64,000 nt of DNA, taken from assembly GCA_002633005.1 (NCBI GenBank), contig NMRA01000897.1, positions 34,198-98,197 on the forward strand, written 5' to 3'. The stretch comes from Phoronis australis (Eukaryota > Animalia > Phoronida). Positions 12,851 through 24,993 of the stretch are shown here, piece after piece. Each line of letters begins with the position of its first letter. The first letter of the stretch is position 1. The notes below the pieces were generated by a model. The model did not search any database. It was not told where the DNA came from and saw only the letters and a list, made by a program, of their open reading frames with translations. The position numbers and the translations under genes are program-made.

Positions 12851-13554
12851 AATTTGTGTATATGTCTAAATCTGTTACATGTCTTGTGTACATTTAGTAA
12901 AACAAAAATGGTTTCAAGTGTTTGGTGCAATTGGTCCAGCTGAGTGGCCAACACAATGTGTATCAGACCACCTGCACTTTTTATTATTGAGGTTACAGGG
13001 AAACTTTAACAAATATGCATTGTGTTTTAGTAACTAAAACAACACATTATATTCAGAAACACAAGTACAAACCAGACCACTTCTTATTTTTAACCCTTTG
13101 AGAAAATGGGTTTCAGTAATACAGTCGTGACATTTACAGCTGTCTTCAAAACATTTTTTGTGGGTAAAACTTTGGAGAGCTGACTGACTCCATGGGAGGT
13201 CTGGACAATACAGCAGCAGAGCCATGGAGTGTGCATGAATCTGAGGCCTGTGAGAGTCTGCTGGTCAGCTGGTCACTATAGTTGCAGTCCTGCTCATCGA
13301 TGTACTCTAGAATGTCCATTGATTCTAAGTCCTAGAAAAAAGAAAACCGCACTAATGCCAATTCTTCACTTATTTAGCGTACAAAATGGCCGATAAGTGA
13401 AATTCTATTTTTTTAAAGTTCTCCACAAAAATAAACATTAAGAAACCATAAGTCTGTTGCTAGCATGGTTTGTACTCTGTTGATTTAATAGAACAACTTT
13501 TTGTAATTTTTTCATTTTATGCATTATTAAAGTAATCAGCCTTTTGCTAAACAG

Positions 13555-13593
13555 AACAAGAGCAACGCAGAGCGTTGAAATGCGCCCACAATT
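13555..13593 (-). mobile_element. Terminal fragment of a Helentron-type HINE, interrupted by nested insertions
   Basis: AACAAGAGCAACGCAGAGCGTTGAAATGCGCCCACAATT is identical to the end at 28984. HINE sequence resumes at 25558 (TGTAGTATGTTGTACTTTGC, cf. 29090). Confidence 0.75.
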
Positions 13594-14349
13594 GACCTAT
13601 CGCAAGCTCCGCCCCTATGCGAAAAGTCACGTGACACCCGACATTCGAACGAGATGTCAGAGGCAAATACACTGTCGCTAAACGACGTTCCTGGTGAAAT
13701 CGATGAGTGTTTTTGCACTATTTGAAAACGCGTCGACAGGGACAAGAGGCGATGCTTTTCAACAGTGAATCGTACGTTCATGATATGGGAATTTGTAAAG
13801 GTGACGATGAAAAAATAAGTGCTCGAGGAGCCAGACAAAATCCGAAGAACCCCTCGGCCTCGGGGCTACCTTCACCTGCAGGGCTCGACATAACGAGCTG
13901 CAGGTCGCATTTGCGACCTGAAATTTGGAAATGCGAGCTGAGATTTTTGTCAGCTCGTATAAAGTCACAAAATGCGACCTGGAATTTCCAACGAATGCGA
14001 GCTGAGTTTTTACACTTCTCAACAGATACCTGGCAAATACAAAGCAGCTCTTGTTAATCCGACCGTTATTTGGTTGTTGCCAAATACAAGTTCAAAAGAA
14101 CACTAACAGGCCTCCCGATGACTTGTAAGCAAGTCGCGTGATCATGGGATATGCAGAATCAATCTTTGACGCGTTTCATTGGCTAACACTTTCGGCCACT
14201 TTTGTAAATTCCCGGATTCGTCGAGGAAAGTTTCGGGCCACTGCTTACACGTGATAAAACTTCACATAACAACGGTGTTTCTATTAATTCTTAAGTGATC
14301 AACTTACCAAACTTTGTGGTGGACAAAAATGCTTATTTTTCGCATAAGA
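13594..14349 (+). mobile_element. DNA transposon fragment (GACCTATC terminus, AATT target), possibly ISL2EU-like; runs into the gap
   Basis: Terminus shared with MITE 8042-8219. Broken ORF 13654-13850 (..FNSESYVHDMG..) resembles the N-terminus of SWIM/YqaJ accessory proteins of invertebrate transposons; family assignment is from memory. Confidence 0.4.
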
Positions 14350-16261
14350 NNNNNNNNNNNNNNNNNNNNNNNNNNNNNNNNNNNNNNNNNNNNNNNNNNN
14401 NNNNNNNNNNNNNNNNNNNNNNNNNNNNNNNNNNNNNNNNNNNNNNNNNNNNNNNNNNNNNNNNNNNNNNNNNNNNNNNNNNNNNNNNNNNNNNNNNNNN
14501 NNNNNNNNNNNNNNNNNNNNNNNNNNNNNNNNNNNNNNNNNNNNNNNNNNNNNNNNNNNNNNNNNNNNNNNNNNNNNNNNNNNNNNNNNNNNNNNNNNNN
14601 NNNNNNNNNNNNNNNNNNNNNNNNNNNNNNNNNNNNNNNNNNNNNNNNNNNNNNNNNNNNNNNNNNNNNNNNNNNNNNNNNNNNNNNNNNNNNNNNNNNN
14701 NNNNNNNNNNNNNNNNNNNNNNNNNNNNNNNNNNNNNNNNNNNNNNNNNNNNNNNNNNNNNNNNNNNNNNNNNNNNNNNNNNNNNNNNNNNNNNNNNNNN
14801 NNNNNNNNNNNNNNNNNNNNNNNNNNNNNNNNNNNNNNNNNNNNNNNNNNNNNNNNNNNNNNNNNNNNNNNNNNNNNNNNNNNNNNNNNNNNNNNNNNNN
14901 NNNNNNNNNNNNNNNNNNNNNNNNNNNNNNNNNNNNNNNNNNNNNNNNNNNNNNNNNNNNNNNNNNNNNNNNNNNNNNNNNNNNNNNNNNNNNNNNNNNN
15001 NNNNNNGGGGGGGGGGCGCTTATTATAACCCAGGGCGGTTGAAACCCGGTCTCCGAAACAGGTGAAATCGGAAGCTAAGATTCATCAAATTTACGCTGTG
15101 TGACGTATATGTAATCTATGAAAGACTTTCAACAAAACTGTGGTGCATTGCTACCAAACTTTACTACTAAATTACGATCATGTTACAGAAAATTGTGCTG
15201 AAATCCCAGGGCGAAAACTCGCCGACTGACTGCCTCGAAATCGCCGTCTTCGATATGGTTACTTCAATGCTTGAATAAAAATTTTTTCGGCTCAAGCAAA
15301 TTACCTAAAATCCTTATTAAGTTTTATAAGTAGCGTCTCCAAGATTTTTTAAGTTCCCGTGGAGTCTGGATTAACGGCAGGTTTAAGTACAAATCTGTGC
15401 AACATCGTGCCATCTACATGTATGATCGGCAACACGGCGAGAAAAATGTCTAGACGAACACACATGTTGTTGTCACGTGACGTTTGCTTTGAAGTTCGTC
15501 TGCGAGTAAGCGAGCGCGTGCGTGTCACCTGAGTTCATTTGCCAAAGCAAAGCCACGCAATCTAAGTAGCTAGATGTGTCTAAAGAAATTTGCACAAGCA
15601 GTAGGCTTAAACCAGAGTGTGTTTCATTCAGCACTTGCCAGTTGCGTGCTAAAAACTTTCAACATTTGTCTCGGTAAGGCCCATATTAGTCGCCGTGTAG
15701 CTGGAAGCGTACGTAACTATCTGACAGTCATTTTTCGGTGTAAGGGTGTGTAAGCATTCACTGTCAGTTGTCATTTTATCGGATATTCGGCTTAAAAACA
15801 CCAATTATGGTTAATCAAACAATCTATCTCAAAAATAACGCAAACATGTTTCACCCCGGCCAACCCGCGATCGAGAACGAAATTTGGCGCGAGAAGCGAA
15901 GCCAGAAAATGTAAGTAAATTTGATGAATTTTTGGTTGTTTTGAGTTTCAATACGAAAACAGAGACATGAGTTCAAGGCGTAACACATTGAGGAAGGACA
16001 GGTAGAAGTTTAGACTTGTGTCTCGTCCAAATATTGGAGAAAAGTTACTTTAACCGATGAATCGCTTGAGCCGAAGTAGGCAATGACCATCGCCTCTGTT
16101 GGCCCGAACCAGAGGCGATGCAGAGGCTATAGGCGCTCTGTACGCCGGTTCTACATCAATATATTAATCATGAGGAAATGACGTATGAAAATGTAACCCA
16201 ACGCTTGTTTTCCGTAGCATTGTCAGGATCTTTGATTTATGAACCTTTTTCTGTTAAAAGA

Positions 16262-16330
16262 AGCGATCGAGAACGCATTGATAAGCGATCGGGAACGCAC
16301 ATTTGAGTTCGCTAAAGCGATCGGGAAGGC
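16262..16330 (+). repeat. Left subterminal repeats GCGATCGRGAACGC (x3), copies of the TIR inner motif
   Basis: Same motif as TIR positions 15867-15880. Confidence 0.8.
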
Positions 16331-16475
16331 ACTGCGGTGTGTTGAACAATAGTGAACTTTTCAGTAATAAAGAGTTTTAAAAGTTACAAAACAAGTGTGG
16401 TTCAATGAATTAATGATATTTTGCATCATTACTGTGTTGCTTTTTTGTTTAAAACTAAATTTCATAGCATAGCAT

Positions 16476-16776
16476 CCCATACCAAAAAGGCCTCCTGCAA
16501 ACACTTGCGGCAAGCTTGCTGCAAAAGTTTCTGCAAATCAGCCACAAACACATGGAATGATCTCTAGCCAGAAAGTTGTAGTAAGTTTCCTGCAACCCAG
16601 CCGCAAACATTGCAGCAAACTTGCTGCATGTTTGCCGCTAGCATGCAGCAAACTTTCACCATGCAAATGAAGTTTGCAGCAAGCTTGCAGCAAACATCTC
16701 CATGTCCTTATTTGGAACAGTTCCTGCAAGGCAGCTGCACACATTGCTGCAAGCTTGCTGCAAACATCTTCATGGG
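16476..16776. mobile_element. CCC...GGG MITE (EnSpm-like non-autonomous) in intron 1 of the transposase-like gene
   Basis: CCCAT...ATGGG ends; internal dispersed GCAAGCTTGCTGCA repeats. Confidence 0.5.
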
Positions 16777-19700
16777 GTTATATAGAAGTTTCTGCGAACC
16801 ACCTGAAAAAATATTGCTGAAAGACTACAAAATACTTGAATTATGGTATGAATAATTTAATAAAAAATGTCCTTGGCTAATACATTATTTTTATTGTATG
16901 CCCACTTGTTAAAACAAGAAAATACAGAATCAGCTGCATACTCGATTTAACATGATAGTTTTCAATCTTTTAATGTATGTCGACTAGAAATGAAATCAAC
17001 ATCACATGACAAGGAATAACAGAAACTACAAAAGTGTCTACAGTGGCAGTTAGTAATAATACTTGTATTACAATCAAAATTGTGTCTAAAGAGAACAACT
17101 AGAATGTATGCAAGCCTTAATTACAATATGCCAATATGTTTTATGCTTAACGCACGACAAAAATCTATGGTAATTGTAACTAATCAAAACTAACAACAGC
17201 AACACAGAGTGTTGAAATGTGCCCACGGCTGTGCCGCCTACGGGGTGTTAATCAGCATTGAAAATGGCAAAAAAATGTCGAATGCCAATAAAAAAACCCC
17301 ATGAAATCAGATTTCCTCTCAGTGAAAATAAGGCATACTTAGCACAACATGTCGAGCATATTAAAGTATTTTATTTTAAATTACCTCATTACTGGTCAAC
17401 TAAAAAGAATCACTCTTAGCAAGTTGTATGTTGAAATTTGCAATATTTCGACTAGGGATATCATCCAACAGCAACATTCATTTAGCTAAGGCATCAAACA
17501 TAAATTAAACCTTTCCATTCTACAATATTTCTTAGGTGTTGAAAAGAACAATTACAGAGGTTGTCCAGTTATAGTCATACTAGTAGACGTTCTAAACACA
17601 TTCTACTCCAGACTAATCTGTATTGCAGCAATCAGTGGTGTTGCATAGGGATCGTGGGATGATCGCTCCACTTTTCTTCCTTAGCATATATTTCCATAAA
17701 ATCACCATGAGCACTACATGTACAGCAAGCGTTATATTTTAGTTATGGATATTTTCACAAATTATTTTATTTTTATTTCAGGAAACAATTTCATTGTTAT
17801 TATTGCCCGGCAAGCTTCAACGACCATGAAAAAATCATTGCCCACGCTGTGGCGGTGCCTTTTAGATGAAACTACTGGGAAAATGGGACTCTAAACTAAG
17901 ACGCATCCAGGAGTTATTCCACGAGACGTATCAGCTGGGGGAAAACAAATTGTTGCGACTGATGAAAGTGAGTGCCGAATATTTTTACAAAACTGCGACA
18001 ACAAAAGAAAAAAAAACCGAACACGCCAGTGAAGTCAAGCAATGATAGTGAGTTTGCCAAAGAAAATCTGAAAACAGATGAGACTCCCAGTAATGAAGAA
18101 TTAGAGTTTGACAAGATGTGCTTCTTGCTTCCCCAAGTCATAGAGATAATGAAAGAAAATGGTCTCATGGAATCTTACGTGAAACTGATTGCACTTCTTG
18201 CCTCAGGTAGACTGCCTTTGAACAACATATGTTTCCTACTATTCCTGGATAGTCGAGTGGTTTTCGGTGGAAAATACTTCCAAAATGCGTTACCAAAACC
18301 CACAAACTCTTCGGTTCTGGGAAATTGGCTACCAGCTATTTCATTGAAAGTTCATCAGATTTATGTCTGGACAACGAAATACAGGTCAGATTTTAGACCA
18401 GTCAACAGCAAGGGGAGAGTATAGCTCAGGTCAATTCAAAGTGAACTTTGCAGTGCCATCTCTGACTACAATACAACATAACCTTTCTAAAAGGAGTCCG
18501 TTTTTTCCAGGAATAAAAAGGCAGACAATTGAAAATATAGCCCACACTTATGAAAGCTCTCCTGTAATTTTAGCTGTGGATGGAAAAAAAAATAAGTCGC
18601 GGAAAGGGCAAACGCATGGAGGATATTGACCTGTGGGGTTTTGAACCAAAGCCAACTCTTCAGGAAAGATTGAACCAAGTTGAAAGAGAAGTGGAATTCG
18701 TGAATGAGCTAACAAAAGAAACGGATAGACTAATGACCTATAGTGTTCAGACCATTAGTGCAATACCCTCAACGTCACGTGAAAAAATTCATTCCGGACT
18801 CGTTGAATTGATTAAGTTCATAGGATATCGTAATAAAACAATGAGAGGCACTGAACAGACGCTAATTCGCTCTGAAGAGAAGTTCAAGCGACTCGGCGGA
18901 GATGACTGGATGAAATCCAAGTATTTCCCGGTCATCTCTTTAATGAGGACAAAACGCAGTGAAATTCGTGCCCACCTAAAAGGTCTTCAGCTGTCAGACG
19001 AGATCACAAAATTGGGAATTGACCTAAATGGGAAATCAAACCTTCATTCCGAGAAGTTAGTTAAGCTTGCAGAACAACAGAACTTTTATTCACTGAACCC
19101 AAACTTCAATAAGTCGACTGATCCACGTTATATGCAACAAAGAACCCCGGAGTGGTTTTCTTTGCGCAGCGAAGCGAAAGTTACTGGAAGTACAGCCAAT
19201 TGTGCACTCGGCTTAGAGACCTTAAAAAGACAAAAAGAACATTTTCACCAAGTAATTCATGGCATAGAAAAACCTCGTCACAGTGCACTTAACACTCAGA
19301 GAATGCTTTATTTAACTGAACACGAACTGGATGCAGTTGCAACAATGACATCTAAAGTATTGCCGTTTCTGTTTCCAGAACTGAGCTATTATGAAGAAGG
19401 TTGCCAAACAATACCTCACGGCGACAAAGCAGCATTCATGGTAGTGAGTTCGGATGGCAGTCTCAGGACAAATGATAATGCAGAACCAATAATGATGTAT
19501 GAAAACAAGTGCAAAGCACCCCAGTCCTATAATCCTAACGCATACTACAAGATTCCTAAATATTACGCTGTACAGTTACTCTCTGAGATGTTTGCTTACA
19601 GATGTGACAAATTACTCTTTACGTGCTGGTCAGAGACGTCACTTACTGCTTTCATGGTTAATTTCGACCATCATCTATGGGGAATGTGCTCGGAGGAAAT

Positions 19701-22700
19701 GACAGAAGTGTATGGCAGTCCAAATCCAAAGCTACTTACTAAGTTCAGACCTAGTCGAAAGCTCATCCAAGAACAAATCGCTGCATTTATGGAGAATATC
19801 ATCCACTTTCTCGGTGAGTTTATGTCGTGTGTTGCTGTGAGATCACCATCGTCAGACGTCCAAAGTGATGACGCTTATATATCGCCACAGAGTTCAAATG
19901 ACGCCAAGCCAATTTCTACAGCTCGAGAGTTACAGAACTGCCTTGTGTCGACGAAAAACTGGATTAATCGGGCTCATCAGTTGTCTAGGACAACTGCATC
20001 CGAGATTCTGGTCTACATGGTGAACGGTTTAGACCGGACTTACCATGCCGAAATAAATGTTGCTTATCCTATAGCGTATGCAATGAAGGGAACAAGCATG
20101 AATAATGCCACCTTTAGAAGTATGATGAATCAAGTTATCTCTGAATGTGAAGCAAGGGGGTCTAAACGTGCCGGCCACGTCTAGTGATGGACAATGGCAT
20201 AAGTAAGGAGTTCGCGGTGATGACAACGAACCACTGACTGTCTTGCAATTACAGAAAGATCACTGGTCAAGTGTGATGTCACAAGATAAGAAGACGATTA
20301 TGTCCCAAATAAAATCTAAAGCAAGTGTAAAGAGTTTTCCTGAAGATGTCCAAAAAGAGTACAATGTCAATGGTTCCGTGACTGTCTGGCACAAGAAAGA
20401 TTCATCGATGACTGGGTATCTAAACACAGACCACTCAAAATCCCAGAGAAATGCAATCATTGATGCTACTTGCCAGAACAGATATGATGGGACTGAATCT
20501 CAGCTGTTATCTGTAAAAGAAACATGTCTCGCACTTTTTGAGGATGAACACTTTGAAAACACTTCTCTCGAAACTCTAAATGCTGTTGAAAATATAATTG
20601 AAAGCTCAGTAACAAATAACGTGCAGAATTTGCATGAGTTCCTTGGACAGGACTATTTTGTCGAACCATGGTTGTTCCAAGAAGAACCAGGTGCTACACA
20701 CAAAGTTTTGGCGCAACATCTGACGTGCTCTTTGGGGCTTTTGAGGCCATGTACATTAATGGCCATGACGACTTCTATGTGCAAACTGTGATCGATATGA
20801 GTGTTGATAAAATACCTTTGAGAAGAGATGGTGACCGTATGGAATTGGACGAAGAAAATCTCAACTACACAGTATATGCCAATGATGACAACACATGTGT
20901 GGACACAGAACATGTACTTGAAAGTAAGGAGAATGGAAATGCGGAGCTGTTAGTTTCCGAGAATCGTTACGCTGTGGACACTGCAACGTCTGAATCCATG
21001 CTGAATGCTTTAAAAGCAAATGAAATGGCTGAAAACTATCATAAATGGTCACAAAAAACTGTTGAAGACTTCAAAAGACTTTTTGCATGTAAGACCACTT
21101 GCAATAAGGCACTCCACAAGTTTGAACTCCAGATATGTCTACAAGTGTTACGTGTGCAGCACGGTGTTTGTTTTGACATTAAACCCTCAAAGAAGGAGCT
21201 AGTTCAGTTGTTCACGTCTACATTGAACTTTGGGGTAAATCCCCCTAATAGGAAGTATCATCAGCGCAATCGAAGTGTTTGCTCACTTAGAAAAATGTGT
21301 TGTTCTGTTTTAGAACGTGCATCAAAACAAGAGCTTGCTAAGATTCTCGCAGAAAACACATGGGATAAAGCTTTACAACAGTGGATTGAATCTGGACCAT
21401 TGTACCACACTTCGTGTTTTCTTGATAATGAAAAGAGTATGAAGAATTGGTTTTCTCGTCCAAGTACTGACCATTACGGCAAGAACAGGTTCCACTTCAC
21501 CGACGCCTGTCACATTTTGACTTGTATTAGGACAAAACTCTGTACTACTGGAATTGCTGGTTTAAAGCGAAAAGCATGGGAAGATGTTGCTCTATCTCGC
21601 AAAACCCATCTCAATATTGCTGTGATTGAGGATTGCGTTGACAAGCAAGATGTAGCTTTAGCAAGACGTGTATTTTCCAGGGATGTTCAAGAAAATATGC
21701 TTGACGAATATGTCAACGAGAAAGAATTTTGTGAGTTAATACGAAACTGGTTTGATGCCGAGGACGAGCCTGCCATACCTGCTGCTGAAAGATGCATCCG
21801 AAGGCTTCGACTTAGAAAATGGCTTTTAGAAGAATTTGCAGTGAACACGTTTCCGCCACAAACCCGATATATCAGAGGCATACCGATACAGACTTTCGAG
21901 GCATTGTTGGTGCACTTGGAAAGGAAAATGCAAATTTTCCCTTGCTGCAGAAATCAAACATATAATGTTCGTATAATAGGTTCTCAGCAGGTGGAAAACT
22001 TCTTTTCAACATTTCGAGATATGGACTCCACTGGACAAGGGACACCAAAACCAGACTCCATTCCTCATATGATGACAGCAGTTGCAGATTTAGACTACTG
22101 CAGAATTGACCCCAGCAGGAAAGCAAGATTTAGAATCAAGCTTGTTTCCTACACATGATTAACTGTAAATTACGCGGACATATCAACTCTCATGTTTGAT
22201 ATTTTACAAAAGTGTTATTTTTCAGTTAAAATTTTGAAGATGTGGCAACAAAACGCTCCCTGAATAAAAAATGAAAAAATGTTTCACATACCTATCCTCT
22301 GAGCTGTGACGGGAAAAAAGTTTTGAGGGCGATGTAAGTGTAAATTTATTTTCACACAAGGGCTCGTATGTATAATCAAAATAGGAACTAGTTGAACTGT
22401 AAGAAATTATATTAATTTAACAACTAGCTTGTCAGGTTTTGTAAGAGGTGACACTAAGAATTTGAATTGTTTCAAATGCATTCACGTTTACATGTTTAAT
22501 CTTCTATAAAACCCCCTACTTGGTTTCAGATCATTCTATATGTCAACCACACGAGCCGGAGTGTATCCAATGAGACAGTTTGAGTCCGGTGAAACCCAAG
22601 AATGTTTTCACGGCCAAACGCAAGGCATTCATTCTGCATTAGTTTTTAGTCTGATAACTCCAAGGTTAGTGTTATGTGATACACGTTAACTGTAATTGTT

Positions 22701-23861
22701 ATCTTATATACATTACTTTTTTCTGTAGTCAAATTTCTCTTTTTTCGTCTTCATCTATTCGTTATCATAATGTCGCGTATTAGTGCTGATAAAGGTACGT
22801 AAAGCACCATTGTTTTAAAAAATATTCAAATCGTGGCATTGTCAAATAAGCAAGGTCTTCATGAGCGCCGGGTCAAAAATACCCTTCAATAAATAAACGT
22901 CCAAGCGCTTATGCGTCATATTACGGTATTTCCACTACTTTGAAAACAGTGGCAAGTGTAATGCAGCTCACAGGCTAGCGTCGAAAGCTTTAAAGGAGGA
23001 TTGATTACTCATTAAATTTTGAGACCTCATAAGGTCGTAACCCTTCGGAAAGGAGGGAAAGTGTCGTTGCCAAGCGAGTCCGCCCATAGTGAGAAAGGAG
23101 TGTGACAACACCATTCGCGAGATGACTCGAAGATACCTGCTCATAAACGACTCGGATTTCAAAATTTATCAGAAGTTGTGTAGCCAAAAGTATTGTGGTG
23201 ATAAAAGTGTTGGGATTTTGTTTAATGGTTTACTAATAACATCCATACAGAGTTGAACAGACTGACTTGCTACATCCTTGAGGCTTGTATGTGTTTTGTG
23301 TTCTTGGTCCCGAGTTCACTGTGCTATAATTTCAGTTCATGGGACATTGAAAAAGAGTGAGAGGAGTTGTAATACACATACTATATTGTGATTTTCTCAA
23401 AACGTAGTGACAATGTTGTCTTTAAGTCATTTCAAGACACACTATAGTAACTACACTGGAAATCAACAATATGAAAGCAAAATTCCGTAATAATAGTAAT
23501 CTTTTAATCACACATCATCTCAAAATACGTCATAAAAATATATAAAATATAGCTCTGGGTAATCAACATTACAAAAGAATCATTGAACATTCCCCATGAG
23601 GTATTTTTGGAATGCATTGCACTTATTATAGACACATATTTTCTTTTTAAAATCTTATGGTAATAACAATGGCCAATGGCACTTAGTATGGTCATTTGAA
23701 TATACCTAAACACTACAAAAATGCACTGGTTCTGTTTAAGATAGATAAAATAACACAAATGTAGAAACTTTAGAAAAAGGTTCAAAATACCACATCTGGC
23801 AACTACCAACCATAAACTCTTTTAATCAGAATAAAAACTTAAACAAATTTCACTACTGGAC

Positions 23862-24993
23862 TTAATGAAGCTTCTGTTTTTTGTGCCTACAGAGGGAGGC
23901 ATAATGCTTGTACGATTTGCCGCATCCACAACAGAAAGCAGTGACCTCATGTTGTGACGCCATGTGTCGCTTTAGGCTCACTTTCTCTGTGAAACATTGG
24001 TTGCAGGCATGACACTGAATTGTCTTGTCTCCTGAGCACAGTGCTTCATGTTGTGACTTTTTGTACCTATTGAAAAACTTCTTGCCACATGAAACACATG
24101 AAAATGCTTTGTAGTTTGCGTGCTGGCTCATGTGATCTTGAAACTTTGTTTGTCTCACGAACACTTTCCCACAGTCCGTCACTGGGCAGGTGAACGTCTT
24201 GGTTGCAGTCCTGTCACAATGCTTTGATGCCATGTGGTCAAGCAGTGTTGATTTTTTACTAAACGAAGCTCAATAGTTCTTTGTCACAAGCACTAGTTCT
24301 CCTTTTTGAAGGTGTAGACGTTAAGAAGCTAAAAGACTTATCTTGTGGCAGAAGTTCAACTAAAAAATATCAAAAGCATTTCAGTTATACTTGTTAGGTT
24401 AAATCTCACAAAAATCATGAAAAACAGTGAAGTATAATAAACAATCAACCCACCCGGCGCCTATTTCAGGGTACGTATTAAATGTAAAACTGACACAACA
24501 CCGTAACTTGAACGAGTATTCAGGCCAATGCATAGAAAAAGAATGTGCGTTCACGATCGCTTTTTGCGTTCACGATCGCTTTTTTGCGTTCACGATCGCC
24601 ATATGAAAGTAACGATTTCGTTCTCGATCGCCGTCTCACACAAGGACAAGCTTGTATTGGTAAATATCTCGCATTGTTTCACAAAACATAACTTCGAAAG
24701 GTGTCACCTGGGGCAATGAAGCTCTAAACGTCACACTTCTTTACTTTAGAACTCTGGAACTGCTAATAACAAGTAAAACTTGTCGACTTTACGACGCGCA
24801 AGGCATTTTATCGGAAGGCATTACTTTCTGGGTCCTTTAGTTGATAAAATAAGCAAAACCAAACATCATTTCAGATCGGCAACAAAGGTTAAGCTCTGAT
24901 GCTTTTCTCTGTGTCGCATTCGTGCCAAAGTAGCCACTGTTTAAGAAGAAAATGACACTAAGACTCACCAGGTACATCATCGTCGTCTGCCAT
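23862..24993 (-). pseudogene. C2H2 zinc-finger gene (about 5 fingers) carried by the 9.2 kb element; one apparent frameshift
   Basis: Exon 1 24993-24969 (ATG GCA GAC GAC GAT GAT GTA CCT G|gtgagt); exon 2 24359-23862. Fingers: CPVTDCGKVF..DHMSQH, CVSCGKKF..HEALC, CHACNQCF..HMASQH, CGCGKSY..RHKKQKLH. The first finger (..SFSKKSTLLDHMASKH) is out of frame with the exon start near 24275. Confidence 0.8.
24547..24632 (-). repeat. Right subterminal repeats GCGTTCACGATCGC (x3) plus CGTTCTCGATCGC
   Basis: Reverse complement of the left subterminal/TIR motif. Confidence 0.8.

Larger units (their letters stand above)
15909..23183 (+). pseudogene. Decayed large transposase-like gene: N-terminal C2H2 finger, P-element-like DDE motifs, inserted YqaJ/PD-(D/E)XK nuclease domain
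   Basis: Inferred exons: 15909-15910 (AT), 17782-22118 (ORFs 17972, 18363, 18580, 20243 and 20668 joined across frameshifts), 22530-~22624, ~22950-23183. Motifs in order: CYYCPASFNDHEKIIAH; ILAVDGKK (D at 18579); QRTPEWFSLR..VTGST, SSDG, ENKC, YYAVQ; TSSDGQW (~20180); FTDACHILTCIR (~21500); DKQDVALARRVFS; GSQQVENFFSTFR (~21980). Contains stops and frameshifts. Confidence 0.8.

Noticed and set aside
14295-15065. Long poly-X ORFs here and at 29127-30317 and 55864-56735
   Set aside because: They run through N gaps and are not real coding sequence.
18580-20184. YqaJ ORF as a prophage or bacterial contaminant
   Set aside because: It lies within an intron-containing, TIR/TSD-bounded eukaryotic element with no phage genes nearby.
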